The notes beneath the pieces were generated by a model. The model was given only the letters and a program-made list of their open reading frames with translations. It had not been told where the DNA came from and searched no databases. Below are positions 41,315-56,140 of a stretch of 64,000 nt of DNA, in pieces. Source of the DNA: the human T2T-CHM13v2.0 reference genome, Homo sapiens; NCBI RefSeq assembly GCF_009914755.1, contig NC_060925.1. One strand, written 5' to 3'. A program made the translations under genes and the position numbers. Within the stretch, counting starts at the first letter, position 1; every line of letters begins with the position of its first letter.

Positions 41315-42244
41315 TTCACTATCTCATAATAAAGTTGTACCTGAAACCACTGGGCAAAAATAACACTAGCATGATAAATAATTGCTTGATTTTTGTGATG
41401 GAGGCAGGAATTAACTTCAACAAATCATAGCAGTTGATACTGTAGATATGACTGAGGACTTAAGTTATATAAGGTTGTGGAATGGAAGAAAATCACGTGG
41501 TGGCAGCAATACATTTTAAACACAAGCCCTTGTCAAGTCCTTCATCGGTTGATCTGTTTCCTTGTTTCTGTGTACTTTAGTAATTGAGCCATAAACTTGG
41601 TGAACTTGGTGTTGCCTCTGTGTTATACAAGCATCTTTGGATTTTACATTGCCAACACTGTGCGTGTTTGTTGCTGTTGGATTGTCAGTTACCTATAATT
41701 GAGACCTTTTCGTGTGTCTCTTTGCTGGTGGGAAAAATGCTGTCAACAGCCCCACTCCCTGCAGCTCTTTGAAAAGTCACATGTGAAATCCAGAGTTTGT
41801 TTACCAGGCTGAAAGAGATCACTTTACCAGAAGCTTACAGTAAATATCCAGATGATAGAGCCTGGAGATACTAAACATATGCTGCTTCATTGCTTGGTAC
41901 ATTGGTAGTCATCAGGCCTGCCACCAGCACTGCAGACTGCACAGGACACAGAGGTGGTGTGTGGAAGGGATAACTTTGAAACTGTGTGTAAGTTATCATA
42001 GCCACCAGAGTTTCTTGATGGTGGCCTCCCGTTCCCGTGCAATGAGACAGCCTCCTGTCATCCCTTGTAAGATGGTGTTAATCTGACAAGAAAGGGAAGT
42101 AAAAACTCTGAGGTCAGAATTCTTAAGTTTTTTTTTCTGGAATTTTGGACACTTTCTAATAATTGAAAAGCACCTGTCTTTTGGAGTTTTAGACAGTCAA
42201 ATTAATCTAACTCCAGAATTTAGCCTTTATTTGCAAACAACATG

Positions 42245-44384
<2,140 letters not shown>

Positions 44385-44390
<6 letters not shown>

Positions 44391-45128
44391 AACAGGTAGT
44401 TCACAAAAGAAGTTATACACATGGCCAATAAGCATGTAGAAAGGTGTTCAACGTCAGGGAAATACAAGTTAAAACCACAGTGAGATGCCATCTATTATTA
44501 GAGTGGCTAAAATAAAAAAGACTATCAACATGAAATGTTGGTGAGATTGTGGAACAACTGCAACTCTCAAACATTGCTGGTTGGTGTATGAAGTAGTCCA
44601 ACCCCTTGGGAGACTTGATTGGCAGGTTTTCTTTCCTGAAATTAAACATACATGTACACCATGATCCAACAGTTCCACTCTTAAGTATTTACTTTAGGAA
44701 AATGAAAATATATGTTCCCAAAAGAACTTATATAAGAATGTTCATATAAAGCCAAAAATAGAAACAGCCCAAATATCCATCAACTGAAGAATGAATAAAT
44801 TATTACAGTGGAATACTGCTGAGTAATAAAAAAGAATGAACTACTGTTAACAACCATATGGATGGAGCTGAAGAACAGAAGGACATACCCTATGAATGCA
44901 TTTAGATAAAATCCAAGAACGGATGAGACCACTCTATGGTGATCAAAAGTGTTTTCTTAAGAGTAGGGAGGGGAATTAACCGGAAAGAGGCAAGGAAGGT
45001 TTTGGGTGGTGGAAGTGTAGGCTCACTCCCATTTTGGGTAGTGATTACGTGTTTATACACTTGTTAAAACTCATCCAACAGATGAAGATCTATACATTTT
45101 ATTGTATGTTAATTATACCTTAATTAAA
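44385..45128 (+). mobile_element. Second L1M (L1ME-like) 3' fragment
   Basis: catggccaataagcatg..aaaaccacagtgagatgcc..acagcccaaatatccatcaac..tgtatgttaattatacct. Confidence 0.85.
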
Positions 45129-46255
45129 AATATATTTAAAACCCACTTTTACAGCTGTTTTATTGAATCCTAAGTTTATTTAGAACCATTTATTCTGTTG
45201 GGTCATCATTATGTGCATTTTGCATAACCCAAGTTTCTATGTGGTGCATCTTGTTGGCATTATCCAGTATTTTACTGAAGCACGAGGAAAGACTCAGCTT
45301 GTGATTGTGCTCTTGGACATGGCTCAGAGCTTCAGAATATCCAAGGAACAGGTGAGTAACCCATGTTTCTGACCCTGGGTCCTATAGGACCTGTCTTTAT
45401 TTACCAGTTCACCATCTGTAGAACCTCAGTGTTACGAAGAAGTTGAAGACTTTCCATATGCCTAATCTTAAGGGGCAACTCCTTCCAGAAACTAATGTAG
45501 CTGGAATTCATCATTATGGATTGAGCTGGATGGGTGGGAAGGAAGGAACGGTGTGGACAAAGGATTGGAAGAGAGGCCCTTGCTCCAGTTTCCTGTGGAC
45601 ATCGCAGACCTTCTTTTTATCTGTACTCTCCATGGGCAGTGTCATCGTTGGGCAAGACTTCTATCATTACCACTCTGTTGACGATTCCCAAATTATCTAC
45701 AGTTTATTCCTCTCTCTTGAGTTCAAACGACATATCCAGATATTTATTCTACCTTGCTCACTCTACTCAGCAATGTGCTGCCATTCTCATTTTGTGTAAG
45801 TTTCTCCTGGCCCTTCCCTGGTACTATTTTCTCTCTCCATTTCCCTTCCCATTCTTTCCTTCACCACAGAAATCGTGCATCTGCCTCCTCATTCCATTCA
45901 ATAGGCACTTCTCATGTTAGAATTCACTGAACACGCTTAGTTATTAAATCCCATGGCCTCTTTTCAGCCCTCATCCTTCCTGGCTTCTCTGTAGCATTTG
46001 TTGATGTTAGCTGTCCTTTTCTTGAAAGGAGACCTGTCTCTCCCTCAGCCCTGGGACACCGTCTTCCTGCCTCACCATCTGGTCCCTGCCCCTTTCAAGG
46101 GCACCCTCTGAGATGGCTCTCCTGAGCTTTATATTCTTGGCTCTCTTTTCTTTTACTAAGAGCTCTCTGGACTGTTTTCTGATTTAAATTTCTGTTTATC
46201 TGCCAATGACACCCACATCTATATCTTTAGGCTCTCCTCCCCTGAACTTTAAGCC

Positions 46256-46452
46256 TTTTTTTTTCTTTCTTTCTTTTTTTTTTTTTAATTTTTGAGACAG
46301 AGTCTTCCTCTATCGCCCCAGGCTGGAATGCAGTAGCATGAACAACATAGCTCACAGCAGCCGCAGCAGCCTCAAACTTCCAGGCTCAAGCAGTCCTCCC
46401 ACCTCAGCCACTTGATATCTGGAACTACAGGCATGCACCACCATGCCCAGCT

Positions 46453-46487
<35 letters not shown>

Positions 46488-46609
46488 TTGGCAGAGACGA
46501 GGTCTTGCTGTGTTGCCTAGACTGATCTCGAACTCCTGAGCTCAAGTGATCCTCCCGCCTCAGCCTTCCAAACTGCTGGGATTACAGGCGTGAGCCGCCA
46601 CACCTGGCC
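46256..46609 (-). mobile_element. AluJ with expanded middle T28 tract
   Basis: Antisense Alu; TSD taagccttt. Confidence 0.92.
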
Positions 46610-46905
46610 TAAGCCTTTGTTTCGTATTGCACGCTGAACACTCCGACTCGCTGTGTGTCCAAAGCCAAACATTCTTTCTCCAACAGGTTATTCGTGTGGT
46701 TTGCTGTGTGTCCTGAGGCCAGTGGCCCACGCTTGCCACTCTGGGGTCCGCTCTGTTGCTGTGTGGCACTCCCTGGAGTCATGAATGAAGATCCATAAAT
46801 TCTGCCTGTGAACTTCATGTTTTCTCCCATCTTCTCCATCTCCACTGCCCCAGCTTGGGCCCTCGTGAGTCCCTGAACTATTCCTGGGTCTCCTTGCCTT
46901 GTTCC

Positions 46906-47213
<308 letters not shown>

Positions 47214-50200
47214 TGCTCCTCCTTTCTTTACCATCCACCTCTGTCTTGCCCCACCCCTGCCACCAGCCCCGCTTCCCTCTCATAATAAAGCTTCAGCTCC
47301 TAGTGGAACCCTTTGTCCATGCAGTCCCTTGGCCCTTCTGCACTTGGGTAAAGGCTTCACATTCAAGTTTCAGTTAAACTCTCCCTCTTCTCTGTATTGT
47401 CCGTGCCCCTGCCCCCTGCTTTGCGTTTGCATTGTGCTTTGTCTCTTATTAATAGTTCATGCAAGTATCTGTCCTCATACTTAGAGCTCTTTGGGTTAGT
47501 GCCTGCATCTCTTATTGCGTGTTCTGGGGCCAGATACAGGGCCTCATATACAGAGTGTGCTCGGTGCAGGGTTGCCAGAGTGCAGAGTTGCTGCCTGTGG
47601 ACCCTATGGGAAGTGCTGCTTCATCCTCCCTGGAGTGGCTCCTGCTGCTGGTTCTGTGCCTGCAGCTCCCACACACGCCTCTGCTCCTTCAGATAGATGT
47701 CCTGAAGGGATGTGGAGCTGGTGTTGCCTGTGGGAACTCTGAGGCTCTGGCCACAGGAGCCCAGCACCTGCTTAGGATCGTGAGCCCTCCAAGTCACCCA
47801 CGGTCTTTTCTGACAAGCCAGGAGCGACTGCTGTTTTATCTGGAAGCTTTCCAGTGGGTGATGCTAAGAAGAGGGATTCCCTCTTTCGTGTCATGTCAAA
47901 ATGCTCCTGGCAATTGGTACTCCCAGGTCCTCCTCCTCCTGGCAAGATGAGGGAGGAGGGAGAAGAATGGGGAGAAACCCCCTGCCAAGGGGTCTTTCTG
48001 GATATAGAGGTGCCAAATTTGTATAAAGGACTGTCTTCCCAATACTGAGCCCAGTGCATTTGTTGTGACTAGGCTACTGATGCTAGCTACTTAGAGATGG
48101 CAGAAAAGGCTCTGCTTTTCCTTCCTCACTGTGGCAGGGCCATGGGTAGTGGCCCTTCTCCCAGCCTTAAATCAACCAAAGAAGAGGCTCTATCCTAGAC
48201 TGGCTCTACCCCACTGACACAGAAAATCAGGGTGGTGGCAGGTGCTGCAGGCAATGGCGGGAGATGTGCCAGGGACTTTGGCCATGGGAGCAATGGAGTT
48301 GGGCACTTTTAATTGATACCTTTAATAATTATTGTTCAAGCAACAGAAGGCAAAGTGGAATTGTTTCAAAGGCAAATTGGAGCAACAGGAGCTTGGAACT
48401 TGGCTCAGAAATGTGTGCCTACCTTCCCCACTCTGGCTGTTGTTCGAATATATTTTTCCTTTAAGTTTCCCTCCCCCTCATTTTCGAGTGCAGCAGTCTT
48501 TTCCCTAAAGGGAGTGAAAGAGGAAGGTGCTAAATGAAATATTCTCATGTAGTTATTATTTGCCTGGGGCCAGTTCAAGTTTCTAAAGTAAATCAAAATA
48601 TGTATTTTAGCTAAGTTTAAAACCTTTCTGCCTTAGCCATGTGGGCAACTAAGGAGAAGCAGTTGTGACCCGCTGTAGAGGTGGGAGCTGTTGTCTCTCC
48701 CATCCCCCGCGTCCCAGCCCTGTGACATGGCCTTTGTTCTCTCGCAGGAAGTCTCGGGTCTGAAGAGGAAATTGAGATCCATCTTCGGGATAGGCAGGCA
48801 TCATTTAAGATCTCAGTATTTAAATATATGTGATTTGTCTGTTCTAATTGCTTTTCAGTTTTGTTTGCTTTCTAAAAATCCGGTGTGTGGTTTCTGCTGT
48901 GTCCTTGAGTTGGTAAAACAGTAAGAGTTATAGGATGTTCTGGAGGCCGAGCAGCATCATCAACATTCAGTGTTTGCTGAGTCGCCAGACATCTGGGCTC
49001 TGGGATGGATGGAGGGACATAGTCCCTGACCTCTAGGAACTTTGTTGTAAGGAGACATGGCAAACGAACTTGCAGTCTCAGCAGCAGCTCTCCCGGCGCC
49101 CCCTCCTGCCCTCCCCCCGCTGTCCCGTGTTTCTACGCAGGGTGCATGCAGAGGTTTTCAAGTGTGAGTGGGTTGCTGCAGCTTGACTCAAGAACACTTC
49201 CCCAGCAGGGCATGCTCCTGGGGGAGTTTCACATGAAGGCAACTGAAGAATTCTGGCTTGTCCAGACCGCCGCTCTATGACCTTCAGTGAGCCAGGCACC
49301 GTTCGGGGCTTCATGGGACTCCTGCTGAATGGTGAGCCGGTGGTCCCCTGGGTCCATAGTCTCTTCCCAGTAAGACTGAAGGTTCTGAGTCGAGCAGCAG
49401 GTACGGGGCCAGCCTGCCCAGGGCGTAAGGACGACCACCCCTGGCCTGGGAGGAGTGCCCTCAGCCACTCCAGAAGTAGCGTGGGCATGTGCCCCGTGAC
49501 TGGCAGACCAGTCAGCCCTCGGTGGGGCCCTTCCTGTCCAGCCCTTCTGCTCCTGCCCCACCTGGGAGCCACTGTGGTCCTCAGACCTGGCGCAGTTCCA
49601 GCCTCTCCCGCCCCACTGTCATTCCTGCCTGCCCATCACAGTGCCCACAAAACCCAGAGGCCTCCCAGCCCTATTGCCGTGGTGGTCTGCCTTCCGGCTC
49701 CCTCGCCAGCCTCGTGGCCTCATGTCTTGTCACTTTTTCCTTGCCTACTGGAGCCAGGCTGGCCATTTTTTCTCCCTCAGACGTGCCAAGTAAGTTGCTG
49801 TCCCTTCTGCCTGGACCCCCAGACAGTGCCCACCCTGTGACTTGAGAACCCCTTCTTTGCTCGTCACCCTTTATGAAGAAGACATCCCATCCCCTTCTGC
49901 CTGCATCATTTTCTTCCAGGCACTTAATGCTATCCGTCATCATCCCACGTCCTGTCCCCTCCAGGGTGCCAAGGCACACGCAGAGGGGCCGTTACTCCCC
50001 CTCACTCCCTTCACGCCTCTTGTGTCCAGCAGTGCCCACGGCAAGCAGGCTGACAGGCCAGGGTTCTTGCCTTGTTTCTCCACCATGCCCTCTGCTCTCA
50101 AGTTTATCTCCTGGCTCTGGAAATGCTGCCCGCTGCTCGCTGCAAGTGTGAAGCCAGAATATTCAAGAAGTATATTTAAAGTAAAAGTTGAGCATGCTTT

Positions 50201-53200
50201 CCCCAAGAAAAGGTTTTCATGTCAGTGAACTGGCAACGCGATCACCTCCTGATGGTCTACTGTCAACTGGAGGCTCTTAGGAAAGTGGCTCTGTCATCTT
50301 CTCCAGGGTTTGGTGCAGCCCAGGTTCATAGTTGTGGATTATAGTCCTCGTTCCTTTTCTTGGGGTAGAGAGTTAGGGAAATGGACATGAAAATTTTTAA
50401 AAATATGCTTGGTTCAACTTTGATAACATACCCTTCATGAGACTCTGGGGTTATGGCATTGTGAGCTCAACCCCAGAGCTAGGTAGGAGTCTTCGTGGAA
50501 GTGCTCCTGGCTTCGCCTCCCCTGCAGCTGCTCAGTGGGACAGCCTGTGCCAGGGCCCCTGAATGTGCAGTTCTCCACCAGGAGTTGTTATTGACAAGTA
50601 AGTGTGCAATATTAATTTAGCCAGATGCTGGCATCTTCAGAATCACACATGAGTATTGAGAAGTCATGGCTGAAACTGCTTGATCAATTTAAATTTAATT
50701 AAAAAGCATCGAATCAAAGAATAACATGGCGAAGTACAATAATAACCACAAGCATCTGCATCATTTTATATCATAATCCTTTTAAAAATTTTTTTCCAAT
50801 GGTGACAGGTAGGATTAAGCAGGCTGACTTGCTACGTTCTCTTCTACTCCTCAAGAAAACAAGGATTTCCTGGCCTCTAAAAGAAAACTCAATTTATTTG
50901 TCTGCTTTGATCATCTGAAGTATTAGATGTGGACTGGAGAATCCTTGGGACTTTTAATAATTTAGATGAAAGGACACACAAAGTCACCTAATACTACTTA
51001 ATAATACCTAGTACCTAATATTTGGATACAGTATGTCTGAATTACTTCCGAATACTTGTGAATTTCTAAGCAAAAGTATAGTTATTTCATTCTCAGGAAC
51101 TCCCTAAAAATGACAAAGAAGTGCTTCTGGCATCACGAGGGAGGTTGGAAGCAGGCACAATTTGGAAATTCAGAGCCAGAAAAGGCCCATCTCCAGCAGG
51201 GTAACAGTTCTCAGGTTGGGGCGGGGGGCCTCTACCCTGCAGTGGGCTCTACAGCAGACCCTTGGGCTGGCAGACACAGCAGGCGGTAGAGCTGTGCCTC
51301 ACAGGGGTTTGGCTGTATGGGATTGGCGCAGCCCATGGGGCGTGGAGGGCTCTGGTCTCCTAAGGGGCCTCTGCCTGCCTGTGAGTTTGCAATGAGGGAC
51401 TAACTGGAGCAGGTGGGGTGACCCACAGGAGGTGGCCTGGGTACATTCAGCTCTGTCCTGGACTGATTCTGTGACCTTGAGGATGAGCCAGATACAATTA
51501 ATCTGTGTGCACAAAAAGACTTGGGGAAAAGACTCCTGAGTGAACTTCCTGGGTCTCCCGGTTTTCAGGCTCAGCTCTAAGCAAGGATAGTGGTGACTTT
51601 TGGCTTTGGCCCCTCTGGTGTTAAGCTGAAGCCAAGGAAGTTTTCCTGCCTCTGCATGTACTTAGGCTGGTTGCCCCAAGGGTGGCCCAGCCTGTATGGA
51701 ACTCTCTGGAGCAGCTAACCTGGTCCAGGTCACCAATCCTGAAAATCAGTTGGCCTTTCTCACAATGTGCCATTGTGGAATTTGCAGCAATCCTTGTTTG
51801 CTTTTGGCTTTATCTATATATTGACTAGGTGTTTGGGTCCAGGCCAAGCCACTTGCTGTCCTCTTGGAGTTGACATGCTAAGGCACTAGTACCCGTTATA
51901 GGGCCCAGGTGGCTGCCCAGCAATGCAAGGGACACCTTGTTTATTGTTCTCCTGCTGGGTCATAATTAAGGTTCACTATTCAGATGATTCCAAAGCCTTC
52001 ATGGGCTTGATCTAGGTGACCTGCTGGTTTGAAAGGAGAAGCTGTAGTCTCAAAACACCAGTATGGCAACTGTTTTTTTCTTCTTTTTACCCCAGTTTTC
52101 TTTCAGCTTCTGCATAGGCACAGAGTCACCTGGGTGGCCCCAAACTTCTTTTTAGCCAGGCTGGAACGTAACTTTGCAGGGTTCATTCCCTCTACTGAAA
52201 TGTTTTTGCTACATTGGAGGCTCAGCTCATTTTTTGAGGGGAGCAGGGTGGGGAGGGAAATGCTGGTCTTGTTTCTTGAAAGGAAAATGCTAATGTAACT
52301 TGACTTGGGCCTGAGCTGTTGGAAAGCGGGTCTCTGCATACCTTGAGTCCCTCCAACATGTCACTATCTGGGAAGGTCATTGTGTCCTTGCAGTCCATCT
52401 TGTGCCTTTTCTGTTTATAGAGCGCAGCAAACAGGGTCAGGAACCCATGCTGAATATTTAATGAGGAAATATTTCAAAGGCGGAGGTGTGCTTGCCTGTC
52501 ACCTACTGGGGCTATATGTGGGAACCCAAGGTTGCTGGATCCGTGGAGCTTTGGACCCAGGCCCTGGGCTGCTAGAACCCTGTGGCTGGACTTCAGCAGC
52601 TCAGAACCTTCTGCTGGGGGTGCTTTGTTCATAATTGCTCAACAGTGAGGAAATGGAAGTGGCGGGCAAGGAGTGGACTTGCCAGGGAGCTGTGTGTCCC
52701 CATTGCTCGCGTCCAGGATGTCATCCTAAATTGCAGTACATCTGCTAATGAGGAGACAAGGTGTTACCTTCCGTTTGGAGCAGCTGCATTAATTACATCC
52801 TCTCAGACATCCCCTGTGCCTACCACTCCTGGCCAGCTTCCTTTGTTTTAAGTTAATAGACCAAATTGGAGGGAAAGAGGGGAGGGTGTCCTTGGAGACC
52901 AGGTGCCCTCTGCTCCTTGAACGTGGTGAGGACGTTAGCTCAGGACTGGGAGCTGGTGGCAAATGGCAGGCTGGCTCTGTGAGGTGGTCCTTGGAGGGAG
53001 TTGGGGCCCAGGAGGCCACCTGCATGAAGAAGCCCACTGGAGCTGAGAGGACAGTACCTGGTGTCAGCTCCTTCGACCTCCCTGTGACCTTGTGGGGGAT
53101 GAGGAGAAGGGGCTGAGCCATCCTCCTGCCTGTGAGTAATTATCGTCAACACGGAGAGAGAGATATGAGCCACAAAGCCAGAAACCAGAAAACAAAGGCC

Positions 53201-53210
53201 CTGTGCAGTG

Positions 53211-53337
53211 TCTTCCTGTGTTTGAGCCATCTCTGTAAGTGATCTTCCTGTGTTTGAGCCATCTCTGTAAATGATCTTCATGTTTGAGCCATCTCTGTAA
53301 ATGATCTTCATGTTTGAGCCATCTCTGTAAATGATCT
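53211..53337 (+). repeat. Minisatellite, four units of 32/32/30/30 bp
   Basis: tcttc(ctg/a)tgtttgagccatctctgtaa(g/a)tga x4. Confidence 0.95.
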
Positions 53338-54544
53338 GTAAGACAGGTAGACCTTCATAGGGCTGAGAAGCCCCCTGTCCGAGGCCAGATCCACCCCTCC
53401 CTTTACCAAGTCCCCCAGAAACCCCGCTGGTAAGGTGCTGGCTGAGCTCCTCATCTGAAAAATGGGAAGGCCGAGAACCACCTCTCTGGTCTCTTGTGGA
53501 ACCTAAATTAACAACTTCGAGTGATTCCCTCATGTGTTTCCTCGCTTGCTGTCTGCGGGCTCTGTTCCGCGAGCCCTGCATCAAGCATATTCCTGGCACA
53601 CACTGAGGGCACAGGAGATATTTGATGAGCAGCTGAATGTGACAGTGATCTGCACAATGCTAGCTGCTAAGATCAACTCCCTTTGTCTTCCTGAATCCCT
53701 GCTCTCTTTCCCTTCTTTCTCTTATCTTTCCCTCCCCTTCCCTCTCCCTTCCCTTCTTTTCAGGCTATAGCTGAAGGGTGTTGTTTGTAGGATCCCCGGA
53801 TTGGTGGGTGGCTCTAGTGTGACAGGCCTGGAGGGCTGAGCAGTGTGAGCCTGGCTTAAGGAACATAAGACAGACTTGCTTTACTTTTGCAGCTCAATTG
53901 CTTGGCTTTCAATCCCTGGATTAGTGGGTTTCATAGGAGCCTCCCCAGGAAGTCTTGCACAATGGAGTTCATTGGCTTGAGTAGCTGTAACCCTGAAGGT
54001 CAAGTTCTTTCCAACTGGCTGCTTCAGGATGCTTAGCAGGCCAGCGGGGTAAGCAGCAGTAGCATTCCCCTTTGTTTCTGAATGAGAAATTATTCCCAAG
54101 AAGTCACCAAGTGTGAAAATGTGTGTTGTCTTGCTAATGGGACACTAATGAAATATTAAAGTGGCTTTCTTCCTGTCAGTCTCCTGGGGACCACTCTATC
54201 CTCTGGATTTTAGTCTGTCTTTACATAAAGAGCCCCGGGGAATTAACATTTCTTGGTACTTTTCAAAATAACCTTGGTCTTTCTCATGCCATAGTAAAGA
54301 AGTTCATGTTTCCGTTAGATAACTGTCTGGCTTAGGGAGGGGCTCTGTCCCTCCGCAGGGGAGGAGGATTTTGGTCGGCCCTCCCAGCAGCCTGTCCTCC
54401 AGGCGGATGCCTGCTCCCAGCTCCCTCATGCCCCACCTCTGCCTCCCTCTCAGCAGAAGACTACCCCAGTTCACAGGGGAGGCGCTGTCATACTGCCCCA
54501 CACTGAGCTTGAGCTGGGAGCCAGGCGTGCTGCCCGCCTCCATG

Positions 54545-54700
54545 CCCGTCACTGAATCCTCCCACTACCCAGTCGGCAGCTGGGAGTTGTTTCTGTTTCC
54601 ACTGTGTGGGGAGGGAAGCTTGGGCACCAGGAGGTTGTGTGGCCAGTCACAGAAGCAGGATTTGAACCCAGCCCAGGCCCTGTGAACTCCAGCGCCCAGC
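54545..54700 (-). mobile_element. MIR fragment
   Basis: cactgaatcctcccactacc..gtcacagaagcaggatttgaacccag. Confidence 0.6.
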
Positions 54701-55835
54701 GTGGAGTTATTGCCTTGCCAGCACCTCCCTGTTTTTGGCTACAACTTGGTCTCCCCAGGCTGCCATCAGCATGCCGTGACCTTGAGTGATTTACATGATC
54801 TGTGCTCAGGTTCCTCCACTCTAAATAAATTCCCTAAGTGCTTTCCTTCCTCTTCATGTTTGTAAACACTTCTGGGGACAAAAGGATGTGGAGGAAGGGG
54901 TCGTATTTTAGAGGCCAGTTTCTCCTTTAGGTCCATGCCCTGTCTTTGCTCTGGCGGCCACTGCTTGGCCCCAAGTCCCCTTGGCCTGGAGGGTGAGTTG
55001 GCCTCCCCACCCTCCGCTTGCTCTGACCCAGTGTGTGCAGTGCCACATGGCCAGACTGTTTCCATCAGGACGGTCAGAGCTCTGCTGAGGAGCCTGCAGA
55101 AACCTCCCAGATCTGCCTGCTTTTGGGGTTCCCTGGCCCTCCAGCCTTGTTGGGGTGCCCTCCCCAGCAGAGCCATCATGGTAACGAGGCATTCTTCCCC
55201 TAGTGGTCAGCACCCTGCTTGACCCCCTGCGTGGGGTACCTTGCCTCCCTTTCCCCCTGCCCCCAGCTTCCTCCTGCATAGACTCAGATTGACTTCTTCC
55301 CAGAAATTTCTTCCTGCCCTGGGTGCTGATCTCTTCTTTTCCTGAGTATTTTCAAGTAGCTTTATGGATGAGCGTTTCTGTTTGATTCAGCACAAACTGT
55401 GCTGTGCCAGGCCCTGTGCTCAGTTCCAGAGATGGTGCTGAGGAAGGTCCTCAGGAGGGAGATTGTGGGAGGAGAGGACTACTAGATGCATCACAAAAGA
55501 GGCAGCGTGGATGTGGGTTCTTAAGGCAGAGTAGGATGTTTGAAAGGTAGAGATGGGGGCCTTCCTGGTGGAAGGGACTGCATGAGTACAGGCGTAGGAG
55601 CAGGTAATGATGAATTTGGAGGCAAATGAGTAGTATTTTTGTCTGGAGCACAGGATTTCCATCAGTGTCCTGAGAAAGGAGTAAAGAGGCTACAAGGCCA
55701 GCTTCTTCACTCATATCATCTCGTACTGCTTTTGGGACACTGGGCACAAACACACCGACCTATTTCTAAGATGATCCATTTGAGCATCTGCCTCCCTCAC
55801 ATTAATGTAGGTTGCAAAAAGGCAGGGCTCATCTC

Positions 55836-56140
<305 letters not shown>

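Noticed and set aside
53211-53337. CRISPR-like ~30-bp repeats
   Set aside because: Head-to-tail units without spacers in primate DNA
52940-53599. 219-aa ORF with IIYRDGSNMK repeats
   Set aside because: Repeats come from the 30-bp minisatellite unit
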